Origin: Thermoproteota archaeon
GTDB lineage: Archaea > Thermoproteota > Thermoprotei_A > Sulfolobales > Ignisphaeraceae
DNA length: 64,000 nt
Reading direction: 5' to 3'
NCBI GenBank assembly: GCA_030550585.1
Contig: JAUQPB010000003.1
Span: forward strand, 209,691 to 273,690
Positions 39,484-49,645 of this stretch are shown one piece after another. The translations under genes and the position numbers were made by a program. A model generated the notes under the pieces. The model was not told the origin of the DNA. It made no database searches and was given only the letters and a program-made list of their open reading frames with translations. The stretch's first letter is position 1. Each line of letters starts with the position of its first letter.

Positions 39484-41123
39484 GCCAGTCCAACCTCCTT
39501 TAGAACAGACTTGGGCTCCACATAGTATCTGTAGACATAGGTTGAAACTGATCTGTAATCGCTTAAACCTCTTTTTGCTAGCCACAGCAACACTTGTTTT
39601 CTCCTCTCCACCTCTTCTATTAGTTCGTTCTTTGATATTCCGGTCAACTCTCTTATCTTGTCTATTACAATGCTTTTACTGAGATCTATAGCAAATGTGT
39701 CTTCGGCTGGGTTCCACCTCGCTATCTCTACATAGTTTTCATAGTCTTTCACCTCCCACAAATTCGTTATTCTTCTAGCTGGTCTTGGCCTACCCTTCTC
39801 ATCTCTTATCTGAACCCTTCTTATCACCATGGCTATATTCACTAGCGGTATGTATGAGGGTGGTATATTCATTGGTGGTGAGGTAAGCCTCTTTACAGCA
39901 GCATCTATGTTCTCAGCGTGGAGCGTTGTCATACCGCTGTGTCCAGTTGCAATGGCTTGGAAAAGAACATATGCCTCTTCGCCTCTAACCTCGCCTACAA
40001 CAATGACATCTGGCCTATATCTAAGCGATAGCTTCACCAAGTGGAACAAAGACACCTCTCCAACACCGCTACCAATATATGATGGTCTTGAGACAAGCTG
40101 AACCCAGTTCTCGTGGGGTAGTCTAAGCTCTGGTGTATCCTCTATGGTCACTATCTTGTAGGTGGGTCTGAGGAGCGTTGCTAGGGCATTCAACGTCGAT
40201 GTTTTGCCTGCACCAGTCACACCAAGAATTAGCGTCGTCATTTTGTAGTCCATGGCAAGCCAGAAATAGGCTGCCATGTCAGGGGAGATCGTTTTGAAGT
40301 TTATCATATCAACTATCGTTATAGGCGATTCGCTGAACTTTCTTATAGTGAAGGTCGAGCCTGCTGTCGACACCTCTTTCCTGAATGTAGCCGCAAGTCT
40401 GTGCCCCCCAGGGAGTATAGCATCTAGAATTGGATATGCAACAGATATGTGTTTACCAGCCATATGAGCAAGCTTAAGTATGTATTCGTCGAGTTCCCCC
40501 TCTGATGCAAACTCTATGTTTGTTGGTAGAGACTCGTATTTTCTGTGCCAAACATACACAGGTTTCTTCGGGCCATTACACGATATATCCTCTATGTATC
40601 TATCCCTGAATATAGGGTCTAAAATGCCATAGCCAACAATATCCCTGTCAACATAGTACATGATCTTGCTCCACGAAAGCCCAGGTGTTCTCGTGAACTT
40701 TATTTGAAACTCCTTTATAATCCTCCTAGCTATCCTCCTTATCTCGCTAGCAACATCAACATCCAACTTTGCAATAGGTTTCAACTCCCACACTATGTGA
40801 TCTCTTATCTCCTTGTATATCTTCTCCTCTTCAGGTGTTAGCGAAACCTCCTGCACCTCATATATGAGCTTCCCCTCTGGGTCTTCAACAATGTTTATAT
40901 ATGCATAGGGCTCGTATATAGGATATGTATCGACAACCTTGTAACCGGGTCTAATACTATATAGTGTATGCGAATATCGCGATTCTGATTTAGGTAGCTC
41001 CCTAGTCTCTTCAGCGCTCTCCAAACGCTCCTCCTCTACTTTGCTTTCTTTTTTAGACTTGCCAAAAATTCCGCTGAAGCTCCATAAGCGTTTTGATTCC
41101 CTGTTTCTACTTATTATTATCAC
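39480..41123 (-). CDS. Type IV pilus assembly ATPase (VirB11/ArlI-like)
   Basis: EDISC, GVTGAGKT, IEDTPEL, RPDVIVVGEVRGEE and TGH...TTLHA. Confidence 0.95.
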   Translation of the reverse strand: MIIISRNRESKRLWSFSGIFGKSKKESKVEEERLESAEETRELPKSESRYSHTLYSIRPGYKVVDTYPIYEPYAYINIVEDPEGKLIYEVQEVSLTPEEEKIYKEIRDHIVWELKPIAKLDVDVASEIRRIARRIIKEFQIKFTRTPGLSWSKIMYYVDRDIVGYGILDPIFRDRYIEDISCNGPKKPVYVWHRKYESLPTNIEFASEGELDEYILKLAHMAGKHISVAYPILDAILPGGHRLAATFRKEVSTAGSTFTIRKFSESPITIVDMINFKTISPDMAAYFWLAMDYKMTTLILGVTGAGKTSTLNALATLLRPTYKIVTIEDTPELRLPHENWVQLVSRPSYIGSGVGEVSLFHLVKLSLRYRPDVIVVGEVRGEEAYVLFQAIATGHSGMTTLHAENIDAAVKRLTSPPMNIPPSYIPLVNIAMVIRRVQIRDEKGRPRPARRITNLWEVKDYENYVEIARWNPAEDTFAIDLSKSIVIDKIRELTGISKNELIEEVERRKQVLLWLAKRGLSDYRSVSTYVYRYYVEPKSVLKEVGLA

Positions 41124-41514
41124 TTCTCTCTACCTAACACTAAAACTTGTAAATAAAGATTTAAATAATTTTGAGAAACCATCACCAAGTGGTAGTTAAG
41201 ATTCGGGGGTATAGTTTCTAGACAGTTCTGTAATTAGATGTGCCAAAGATAGTTCACATAGCTAGAATTGCTTAACCAAAAAGCTGTGCGGAGATAATTA
41301 AAGTAATGGCTATTCCAGCTACCTATTGCTAAGAGTTGTTGATAGCGCAACAATGGCAAAAGAAATAGAATTTGCAGAGATGGAGGTTAGCAAGTGTGTT
41401 ATGCAGATCTGGGCTACAGTATTTGAGCCTGCTATAGCCGTAGCAAAATTTATATGACTGCATATAAAAGCATATGCTCTTCGTGGCTTAGCTTATGTCT
41501 CCATTTGATTGTTT

Positions 41515-41670
41515 TTAATCGCTTTCTTCTATTACCACTACCTTAACCTTCTTTCCGTGTAGTTTTGATAGCTTTTCTTGGTATTCTTTTGGTGGGTATA
41601 TCAGGTATTTCCTCATGGTTTTAACAATCTTTGCTTCAAACACATATATAGAGACCATCACTTTCACCAT
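41515..41670 (-). CDS. Small AbrB-like protein divergent from tnpB
   Basis: 51 aa, FEAKIVKTMRKYLIYPPKEYQEKLSKLHGKKVKVVVI (beta-beta-alpha-beta pattern); its 3' end recurs in the mini element. Confidence 0.6.
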   Translation of the reverse strand: MVKVMVSIYVFEAKIVKTMRKYLIYPPKEYQEKLSKLHGKKVKVVVIEESD

Positions 41671-41733
41671 ATAGGTAATAGAGTGTAAAAACTTATAAAT
41701 TTGCACTCTGAATAACTAATGTTGTGAGTTCCG

Positions 41734-42963
41734 ATGAAGGCGTTTATCCACCTAGGCTGTAGGTGGATGCCTGAGGGTGCATACTACAAAGCCTTTAAGG
41801 CTGAGGCAGAGGTTGTCGAAGGGAATGCTAGCGACTTGCTGTGGGATTTAACGATATATAGGTATGCTTTGCAAAAGGTTGTAGACGCTCTATGGGATTT
41901 AGATGGGCTTCCGAAGAAGAGTCAGCTACACCAAATGTTCTACCCAGTGCTCAGAGAATATGGCTTTAGAGCGCATGTGGCTAGAAATATCTACAGCTAT
42001 GCACTAGCCTTGGTCAAAGCCGCTAAAAACAGCAATGGCGACAAGCCAAAGATTAAAAGATTGTCTGCTAGACTAGACCACCAGGATGCAAGAGTTGAGC
42101 TAGACAAAGGAGTTGTCAAAGTTGTTTTGAGAAACAAGCAATATACTCTTAGATTAAAGCATAGGAGAGAGTACATCGAGAGGTTTAGGAATTTAAAGTG
42201 GAAAGAGGTTCACGTAAAGTACGAGAATAAGAAAGTCTTTGTTAGCATAGTCTTCGAGGTTAGGTACAATCCATATGTTCCAAAAGGCTTAACAGCAGTT
42301 GATGTGAATCTGAGAACTGTTACAACATTCGACGGCTCTGAAACTAGAAGATATAGAACAAGATTTGTCGAGGCATTGAGCAAGAAGGCTAGAGCTGAAG
42401 AGATACAGAAGAGATATTCTAAGAGGTGGAGATACAATGAGAAGACTCTGAATAGAGTCAGAGCTCTACATAGAAAAGCTAGAAACATCATAACCGATTT
42501 CTGCTGGAAACTAGCAAAGGAGGTTGTAGCTAAAGCGTATAGACAAAAGCATGCTATTGCCTTGGAAGACCTAGAGTACTTGAGGAACTCTATTAATGGC
42601 AAAAGCAGCGGTGTTAGGTGGAGGCTAACACTATTTGCCTATAGAAAGCTTCAACATACTATTATAGCCAAGTCAATTGAGTACAACGTCCCAGTAGTTG
42701 TTGTAGACCCAAGAAACACGTCATCGATTTGCCCAAGATGCGGCTCTAAGCTAATCTACGTGAGCAGGCTAGCAATCTGCAGGAAATGCGAGTTCAAAAG
42801 AGACAGGGATTTTGTTGGAGCAATAAACATCTACTTACGGGGGATGTGGGGAAGCATCGGGTCTTCCCCAAACGGGGGTGGAATGAAGAATGAAACCCGA
42901 CAAACCACCCCAAACAGAAATGAGCCGATGACCACTTATATAAAATCATATACAAGCATATAA
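41734..42963 (+). CDS. tnpB: TnpB RNA-guided endonuclease
   Basis: RuvC-I AVDVN, RuvC-II ALEDL, VDPRNTSSICPRCG...CRKC zinc finger and RuvC-III DRDFVGAINI. Confidence 0.92.
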   Translation: MKAFIHLGCRWMPEGAYYKAFKAEAEVVEGNASDLLWDLTIYRYALQKVVDALWDLDGLPKKSQLHQMFYPVLREYGFRAHVARNIYSYALALVKAAKNSNGDKPKIKRLSARLDHQDARVELDKGVVKVVLRNKQYTLRLKHRREYIERFRNLKWKEVHVKYENKKVFVSIVFEVRYNPYVPKGLTAVDVNLRTVTTFDGSETRRYRTRFVEALSKKARAEEIQKRYSKRWRYNEKTLNRVRALHRKARNIITDFCWKLAKEVVAKAYRQKHAIALEDLEYLRNSINGKSSGVRWRLTLFAYRKLQHTIIAKSIEYNVPVVVVDPRNTSSICPRCGSKLIYVSRLAICRKCEFKRDRDFVGAINIYLRGMWGSIGSSPNGGGMKNETRQTTPNRNEPMTTYIKSYTSI

Positions 42964-43140
42964 AGAGGTGAACCCAAGCTGGTGCCTAGGTTTTTCTATC
43001 CACAATTTTGTTAGATTATGTATTAAATGGTTATGCACATGTTTTATGAGAGAACTATTGCTATTAATGAGGTTTGTGAGGAGAGGGATTACCCTTGTAT
43101 ATTGAATTAAAAAATTGATTTGCTTCTTTTATCTCTATCA

Positions 43141-43554
43141 CTATGATAATTTGAGCACAATTGTTCTTGGAACATCATCTACATATACAACTGTAATCTT
43201 TGCCCCAACATCTAATCCGCTCAGAATTTCAAGCTCTTTTCTAACTGTTGTCAACAACGTTATCTTACTATTTATTGCCTCAACAGCTGATTCTAAGGCT
43301 GATAGCTCTTGTGATGGAGAGGGGTTGACTATTATCTTAACATTTTTTAGTTCTACCTCATTCGAGGGCGTTGCCTCAGAAATGCCAAGTTTGCCTAAGA
43401 GGCTCTTCAACTTCTTCTCTTGCTCGCTTTTAACTCTGAGCTCCTCTAATCGTCTAAGCATTTCGCCAAGTCTCTTCCTATACTCCGCTAATGTATCGTC
43501 AACACTCTTCATAAATTCATTCAAATTATTGAACTCCCGAATAACTGCCGCCAT
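43141..43554 (-). CDS. Conserved crenarchaeal coiled-coil protein
   Basis: Two coiled-coil helices separated by IIVNP, with a C-terminal VDDVPR hairpin. Confidence 0.75.
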   Translation of the reverse strand: MAAVIREFNNLNEFMKSVDDTLAEYRKRLGEMLRRLEELRVKSEQEKKLKSLLGKLGISEATPSNEVELKNVKIIVNPSPSQELSALESAVEAINSKITLLTTVRKELEILSGLDVGAKITVVYVDDVPRTIVLKLS

Positions 43555-43788
43555 ATAGACACCGCTCTGCTTCTCTATTTTCTGATACCAAACACTCAGA
43601 ATTAAAATATTTTTTGAGATATCACGTTGTTAAATAGCTCTTAACATTATTTTGCCAATCCAACAACTTGATATAGATCTTTTGTGAAAACTTGCAAAAA
43701 TCTGGAAAAAGACTGTTTTATTAACTTCATAAATACATAAATATCTTTGTTCGAAACAATCTATCTGGGCTTACCTAGGGTGTGGCAA

Positions 43789-44709
43789 ATGTTCTTGGGT
43801 AGTGGCACAATAGTAGAGGTTGCTGAGGCGAGGGTAAAGAGTTTAGGACGTATTCTAAAAGACTATGTTGCTAAGAATTTTAGTGGGTATGTAATTTTCC
43901 GAAATGATGTACGAGGGGTATACATATTCATAGCTCTAGTCGAAGGGCGTCTCGCGGCATGTAGATCCATAGAAGCTGGTAGAGTATACGAGGGTGCAGA
44001 ATGTAGCGAAACGGCGATGAAATATTTGTATGAGCCTGAAGGCGTTATAGAGGTTCAAAATGCCCCCCACAACCTACTAATCTTGGATGCAACTATATTT
44101 CCGTTGTCGAAGATAGAGAGGCCAACATCTCTATCCTCACTATTGGGAGCTGAGGTGGGTGTGCAAAGGGTTGTTGCTGCTCCCCCTAGTCCTTCCATCA
44201 CTGTGCCTCCTCCACCAGCACAGCCTGTTACAACACCTGCAACACAGCCTATGCCTAAAGAGGTTGCTGTAGCAAAAGAAGTTACTCCAGAAAAGCCGGT
44301 AAAGGAACTGCCTCCACAGCCACAGCCTGTACCACCCCCACCTCCTCCAGCTCTACCTAAAATAGAGAAGCCAACCGAGGCTGAGATTACCGTATCTAGT
44401 GAGTGCATAGATCCGCTAGCCTTGTACATGGTGATAAAATCTGGGCAACTCCTAGAAGCACTGACAAGCCCTTCACCATATAGAGAGCTACTAGAGAAGA
44501 TAAGAAATATTGTGAAGGAAAGAAAGCCCAGCTATATCTACATAAGTGGCGAGCTTGAGGGAGCCACATTAAAGATTTTGTATGATTCGCAAAGCTCAAG
44601 CATAAGCATAACTATTGAGAGAGAAGGAGCCTCGATATGTGGTAATGAAGCTAGAAAAGAGCTAGAGGGCAAATCTATATCAAATGTAAAGATATGGCAT
44701 GTCGCATAA
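43789..44709 (+). CDS. Two-domain protein with a Pro-rich linker (DUF2226-like N-terminal domain)
   Basis: NFSGYVI...LVEGRL...YEGAE domain, about 70-aa P/V/E/T-rich linker and a second similar domain. Confidence 0.6.
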   Translation: MFLGSGTIVEVAEARVKSLGRILKDYVAKNFSGYVIFRNDVRGVYIFIALVEGRLAACRSIEAGRVYEGAECSETAMKYLYEPEGVIEVQNAPHNLLILDATIFPLSKIERPTSLSSLLGAEVGVQRVVAAPPSPSITVPPPPAQPVTTPATQPMPKEVAVAKEVTPEKPVKELPPQPQPVPPPPPPALPKIEKPTEAEITVSSECIDPLALYMVIKSGQLLEALTSPSPYRELLEKIRNIVKERKPSYIYISGELEGATLKILYDSQSSSISITIEREGASICGNEARKELEGKSISNVKIWHVA

Positions 44710-44927
44710 AGATTGGGCAAAGCATATGCCTTTGGATTTGACAGAATATGTTTAACTGCAACACTATCTCACAATAAGGTTAGCTTTTAATGGGCTAACA
44801 TCTCCACGTTTCTTACAGTTTGCCGAATCCAATCACACAATTTAGTATCTATGGAATTGCCACTACACCTATAGAGGTGCCTCGATGTAATAATAGAATT
44901 GCCGCGCAGATACCCCACTAAAAATAT

Positions 44928-44983
44928 GTTCAGCACTCAAGACCCCTATCATCTTGTCAACCCCGCTAAACGCTCATCATCTC
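44928..44983 (-). ncRNA. C/D-box sRNA
   Basis: Minus strand: ATGATGA, GCGTTTAGCGGGG, TTGA, caag, ATGATAG, GGGTCTTGAGTG, CTGA. Confidence 0.8.
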
Positions 44984-45068
44984 TTTTTCAAGCAATTTAT
45001 TTTCAACAAAACACTAAAGTTACGTTACTAATTATAGTTGTTACTGGTAAATATAGGTTTGGATTAAC

Positions 45069-45875
45069 ATGAGGCTTTTGAGAAATTCTGAAGTAGATGC
45101 CATTGTATCTAGATCAGATGTTGTTATAGAGGTTGTCGAGGCTAGGAATCCTTTAGAGACTAAAAGCAGAGTTATAGAAAGTATAGCTAGGAAAAAAGAT
45201 AGAAGGTATATTCTAGTATTGAATAAATGTGATCTTGTGCCAAGACATGTCTGTAGGGAGTGGGTAGGCTATTTCAAGGAGATTGAAACTAATGCACTTT
45301 GTGTGTCATCCATCAAAAGAATTGGCGTAAAAGAGCTGAGGCGCATGCTCATAGATTTTGCTGAGAATAAGAAGCCTATTAATGTATCTCTATTTGGCTT
45401 GCCAAAAGTTGGCAAGTCGTCTTTAATAAATGCTTTGAAAGGCAGGGACTCAGCACCGACAAGCCCATATCCAGGATCCTGGGGGTATACAAAAGGCATA
45501 ACTTTATACAATATCATGCCAGGTATATACCTGGTTGATACCCCTGGCTTTGTCCCACCGGATGTGAAAGGATTCGAGGTGTTGATAAGAAGTAGACCTA
45601 TAGACCTCGTGCCAAATCCTATAGCAATAGCAAAAGAGATTATAGTTAGGATAATGCGTTTTAACCCTATTTCCATTGAGAGAGCCTATGGATTAGCAAC
45701 AACAGATTACTTAAAGCTGTTAGAGCATATAGCCATCAAAAGAGGGTGGTTCTATAAAACAACAAAAGAGCCTAATATCGACGAAGCTGCAAAGGCTGTA
45801 ATAAGAGATTATCTGAATGGCAAACTCACATTCTATTTAAATCCCCCTACAAGAAGCTCTATCGACTCTCGCTAA
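45069..45875 (+). CDS. Circularly permuted GTPase (YlqF/RbgA family)
   Basis: G4 NKCD precedes G1 GLPKVGKSS and G3 DTPG. Confidence 0.92.
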   Translation: MRLLRNSEVDAIVSRSDVVIEVVEARNPLETKSRVIESIARKKDRRYILVLNKCDLVPRHVCREWVGYFKEIETNALCVSSIKRIGVKELRRMLIDFAENKKPINVSLFGLPKVGKSSLINALKGRDSAPTSPYPGSWGYTKGITLYNIMPGIYLVDTPGFVPPDVKGFEVLIRSRPIDLVPNPIAIAKEIIVRIMRFNPISIERAYGLATTDYLKLLEHIAIKRGWFYKTTKEPNIDEAAKAVIRDYLNGKLTFYLNPPTRSSIDSR

Positions 45876-46871
45876 AACCCTCTTATAGTATCTCTCATCT
45901 AATTGAAGTTCCTTCATAAGCCTTTTAATCATATCCTCTAGAGCCTCATTCCCTCTACACATTTTTGAAACCTCGTAGACCACCCTATAGATCTTATCAT
46001 CAACCCCCATAGCATCTTTGATAGCCTCATCCATGGTTTTGCCAGCAAATCTAACATCCAAGACTATCTCTATAACCTTGTTTATCTCTTTTGGAACGCC
46101 TATAACACTACCCCTATATGTTATCGACTTTCTCTCTGCATTCAATCCTCTTACCATATTTGCTCCATATGTGGCAAATGGTCTTGGAAACATATCGTCT
46201 ACCAATAGCTCAACCAAAAACACATCGCCATTCATTACATCGTTTTCAGTAAGTCTATCCGATGCATAGGGATCTAGTACTATGACTCTATGGTTTTTCA
46301 GAAGATCGTAAGGAAACTTGTGGAGTACCTTAATAGAGTTCTTAAATGAGTTTAGCAATGCCATTATCTCATGGGATGGGAAGACAAGTAAAACATTTAA
46401 ATCAGTCAAATATTGCCTAACAATGTTTATAGATACCAACAACTGCTTCAAAGCCTTCTTCTTTTCATATTCATGGTGAAGCTCCCAGAAAAGCGCATCA
46501 AATACTATGATAGGCCTTCTTGGATAGATCTCAGCAAATATGCTCAAAAAATGGTTTGTGAAATCATCGCCGAGGCAAGGGCTCTTAGCATCCTTTACAA
46601 CAAGGTTAAAAGTATTTGATTCCCTTGTTATTCTAGCTATTGAAACGCCTTTGTAGAAACCTATGATTTTGCCGGAGACGTTTTCCCTACATAGTTTTGC
46701 TTTGCCAATAATTATGTTATTCGCTATCTCATTTAGAATTTCATAGCTGTGTATAATTCTACCACGGTATCTCTCAGTTATTTTTCCATATAACAACGAG
46801 TCTATAACAAGACCATCGGCATTAAGACTGGCAACAACTTGTGTAACCACATCAGCTACTATCTGCATCAT
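45837..46871 (-). CDS. Trm10-like tRNA m1R9 SPOUT methyltransferase (divergent)
   Basis: LHHEYEKK, IVLDPYA, RKSITYRGSVIGVPKEINKVIEI. Confidence 0.7.
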   Translation of the reverse strand: MMQIVADVVTQVVASLNADGLVIDSLLYGKITERYRGRIIHSYEILNEIANNIIIGKAKLCRENVSGKIIGFYKGVSIARITRESNTFNLVVKDAKSPCLGDDFTNHFLSIFAEIYPRRPIIVFDALFWELHHEYEKKKALKQLLVSINIVRQYLTDLNVLLVFPSHEIMALLNSFKNSIKVLHKFPYDLLKNHRVIVLDPYASDRLTENDVMNGDVFLVELLVDDMFPRPFATYGANMVRGLNAERKSITYRGSVIGVPKEINKVIEIVLDVRFAGKTMDEAIKDAMGVDDKIYRVVYEVSKMCRGNEALEDMIKRLMKELQLDERYYKRVLARVDRASCRGI

Positions 46872-46917
46872 TAGTCTAATTCAAGACCCAGACTAAAAGT
46901 TCTTTATCCTAATTGTT

Positions 46918-47331
46918 CTAAGCTGTAGTTGCTACACCTGCTTCTGCGGAACTGCTTGTGGTTGCAATATTCTCAGCGTTTATCGCTGGATTTGAGTCTG
47001 ATCCATCTGCAGTTGCAAAGGTGAATTTCTTATTGGTTAGAAGAATGTCTAGAAGTTTCTTCCCTGTTTCAGAAAGTCTATAGATTTTGTAGTTGCCTCT
47101 AGTATAAACAACCTCGACTATGCTTAGAGCCTCCAAAACATGGAATGCCGCCAAAACCTCGTATCTAGGCAAGCCAGTCACAGCTATCACATCACTTGGC
47201 GATGCGATCCTATCCTTCAATGCGTTTAGTATCGTCAACAGCTTTTCCCGGGGAGTCAAAAACAATTCACCGATATCCTCATTATTTAGCAAAGGGTTAT
47301 TATAAGGAGGCAGACTAATCACAATGTACAT
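46918..47331 (-). CDS. Winged-helix transcriptional regulator
   Basis: SPSDVIAVTGLPRYEV...KIYRLSETGK. Confidence 0.75.
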   Translation of the reverse strand: MYIVISLPPYNNPLLNNEDIGELFLTPREKLLTILNALKDRIASPSDVIAVTGLPRYEVLAAFHVLEALSIVEVVYTRGNYKIYRLSETGKKLLDILLTNKKFTFATADGSDSNPAINAENIATTSSSAEAGVATTA

Positions 47332-47362
47332 TACTTTAACTTCTCATATTAGATAGGGGTTT

Positions 47363-49645
47363 ATGAAACAGGCTACTATTATAGAGCTTGGCGAGCCCGC
47401 TATAACTAGTTCATGCAAACTCACTTTATACTCTCATAAATGGAGTTTGGTTAGAGTATTCGACCAAAACCTGATCGCGCATCCACATATCATGCTTTAC
47501 TCAGACCTTCTTCTCTTCTCAAATGCACCATTTATACGAAGATACGGCGACAAAGCCAGGGCTTATAGCATTGTGTTAGACAAAAGAGGTGAGAGATTTC
47601 AACTGGATTTGAAGAGCTACACCAGTATCTCGACATATACAGAGGATAGCAGCATCTTATTGCCACTCCGTGGAGACATGGCTAGAGTTCTCCAGTTTCG
47701 AATTGATGGAACGGTGAATGAATATGATGTCGAAAAACCCCATTACATCTTGCCGCAAGGAGATCACAGCTATGTTGTAAAAAGCCGAAATATTCTCGCT
47801 ATCGCTAGAAGCCCTACAACAATAGACGAGATAACACAGTGCAAAAACGTGTTTTACCGCGACTACAACGGTTACAAGATGCTACAATGCGTGTCAAATG
47901 ATGAGAATATTCTTGTTGTTAGCGATGGATTATACGGGTACTCGCTTCAGCATAGAAAACGTGGATTTACCGTAGAAAGCGCTAGCATGGGTTTGAACAC
48001 TGTAGTATTCAGCTCTCAGAGGATGTCACTACTAGTTCACTTCTCTAGAAGAGGAGAAGACGTCTATGAAATCCCATTTAAATTAGATGATACAGTATTT
48101 ATTGATGATAATACTTGTCTTGGTAGAATCAACAATAAGCTTGTTCTTTATAGCCCCAACAACGATTCGCTAAAAATTTTGAAGAATGTTGATAGAGGAA
48201 CTAGTATACACCATGATGCTTTACATGGTTATATAGCTTTGAAAAACGACAATGAAATAGAGCTAATCGACGTAGACAACAATTTGCTGTTATCTATAAA
48301 GATGCCTGCAAAAGATGTTGTGTTGGTAGATTCTAAGCTGATTTTGCTAAATAGGAATAGAATCATTGTATACAGCATAGAGACAAATGATAAAAGGATT
48401 CGCTTAGAGAAGCTTCGCGACGCCCCAACAACTCTCGTACACTGCATTGCAGCTGATTCTCACAACATTTTGTGTATAGATTTGCTGGGCAGGCTCCTTA
48501 AATTAGATGTTAGAAGCCTTGTCAATTCTATTCCAAAAATGCAAGTTCTCCGCAGCGACAAAGGCATTGTAGCGCTGTTGAAGCTTTTTTCGCCTGGCTA
48601 CCCCATAAAGTTTTGGCCTTCAGACAATCTCAACCTCGAATTGAAAAAACTTGATGCATACTCTACAATGGTGTCGATCAAAGACGGTTTAAGGAATAAA
48701 GCCATTCTCACAGTAAGAGCAAATGGAGTTTTAGATTCCTTGGAAAAAACCTTGAAAGCCTTTTGGGAAACACATGAAGTGGAGATAGAGAAGCCCTTGG
48801 TTTTCGATCTTATAACAGCCTTGAATGGAACTCCACTTGCCTGCAACGAGAGCTTGCGCAAAAGTCTCATGAAATGCCTCAACAAAGCACCAGCTCAGGA
48901 AAACCATAAAAACAGTATATTGACGTGTTTTGTTGATGTTACCCAAGCAGAGGATTCTGTGAAGCGCCACCAGATGGTGTTTATCAATAAAGTTAGGTAT
49001 ATTAATATAAACCCTGAGATAAGAGCCGAAACAAATTCTTTGTGTCTAGCCAATGCCCAGATACCTGATTTAAAGGGTGTTGATATTGGCATAGAGGTTC
49101 TATGCGACGACAAGCTCTATACCCTTAACAGCGGCTGTGTAAAGATAGATGGATGCAACTACATCAAAATGCTCGTCTATGCTAAACTTACGAAAGATGG
49201 CTGTGTTGTTGAGGTGCCAATAAGCTATGATGCTGAGATCCATACAAATTTCTATGATGGCTCATCTATTGTGGTAAGGCGTGGACTTGGATACCATATA
49301 CTAATTCCCGTAAGATGCTACAGTATCGAATCGTCGAGGATCGTGTACAAGGATGGTCTAAAGCTAGAGGTTGTAGCTAGAAACAGGTGCAGGGACACTG
49401 CATTGACTATAGCTCTATCCGATAGACGTATAATAATCCCACCAGAAACCGAAATTGCTGTGGAAACCCCTCTTGATATAGACGATATTATCAGGAGCTA
49501 CAAGGAACTTGTAGTTATTGAGCCCTCCGGCCCCAAATTGATTGTGTTTCCCCTAGAACTTGGTTCCCTACTTGGCGTTGCTCACAAAATCACTTTAAAA
49601 GTCTCTGCTTTAACTGGGCTGAGAAGATGGTTAGAAAAACCTTAG
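47363..49645 (+). CDS. Large Cys- and beta-strand-rich protein (possible propeller plus Ig-like domains), unknown function
   Basis: 760-aa ORF of short beta-strand patterns with no signal peptide; overlaps the next gene. Confidence 0.7.
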   Translation: MKQATIIELGEPAITSSCKLTLYSHKWSLVRVFDQNLIAHPHIMLYSDLLLFSNAPFIRRYGDKARAYSIVLDKRGERFQLDLKSYTSISTYTEDSSILLPLRGDMARVLQFRIDGTVNEYDVEKPHYILPQGDHSYVVKSRNILAIARSPTTIDEITQCKNVFYRDYNGYKMLQCVSNDENILVVSDGLYGYSLQHRKRGFTVESASMGLNTVVFSSQRMSLLVHFSRRGEDVYEIPFKLDDTVFIDDNTCLGRINNKLVLYSPNNDSLKILKNVDRGTSIHHDALHGYIALKNDNEIELIDVDNNLLLSIKMPAKDVVLVDSKLILLNRNRIIVYSIETNDKRIRLEKLRDAPTTLVHCIAADSHNILCIDLLGRLLKLDVRSLVNSIPKMQVLRSDKGIVALLKLFSPGYPIKFWPSDNLNLELKKLDAYSTMVSIKDGLRNKAILTVRANGVLDSLEKTLKAFWETHEVEIEKPLVFDLITALNGTPLACNESLRKSLMKCLNKAPAQENHKNSILTCFVDVTQAEDSVKRHQMVFINKVRYININPEIRAETNSLCLANAQIPDLKGVDIGIEVLCDDKLYTLNSGCVKIDGCNYIKMLVYAKLTKDGCVVEVPISYDAEIHTNFYDGSSIVVRRGLGYHILIPVRCYSIESSRIVYKDGLKLEVVARNRCRDTALTIALSDRRIIIPPETEIAVETPLDIDDIIRSYKELVVIEPSGPKLIVFPLELGSLLGVAHKITLKVSALTGLRRWLEKP

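Larger units (their letters stand above)
41515..42987 (+). mobile_element. Transposase-less IS200/IS605- or IS607-derived tnpB element (boundaries approximate)
   Basis: tnpB plus divergent small gene; extent inferred from similarity to the mini copy at 27275-27572. Confidence 0.65.

Noticed and set aside
44170-44390. GC-rich low-complexity stretch and antisense Gly-rich ORF
   Set aside because: Explained by the Pro-rich linker codons of the + strand gene
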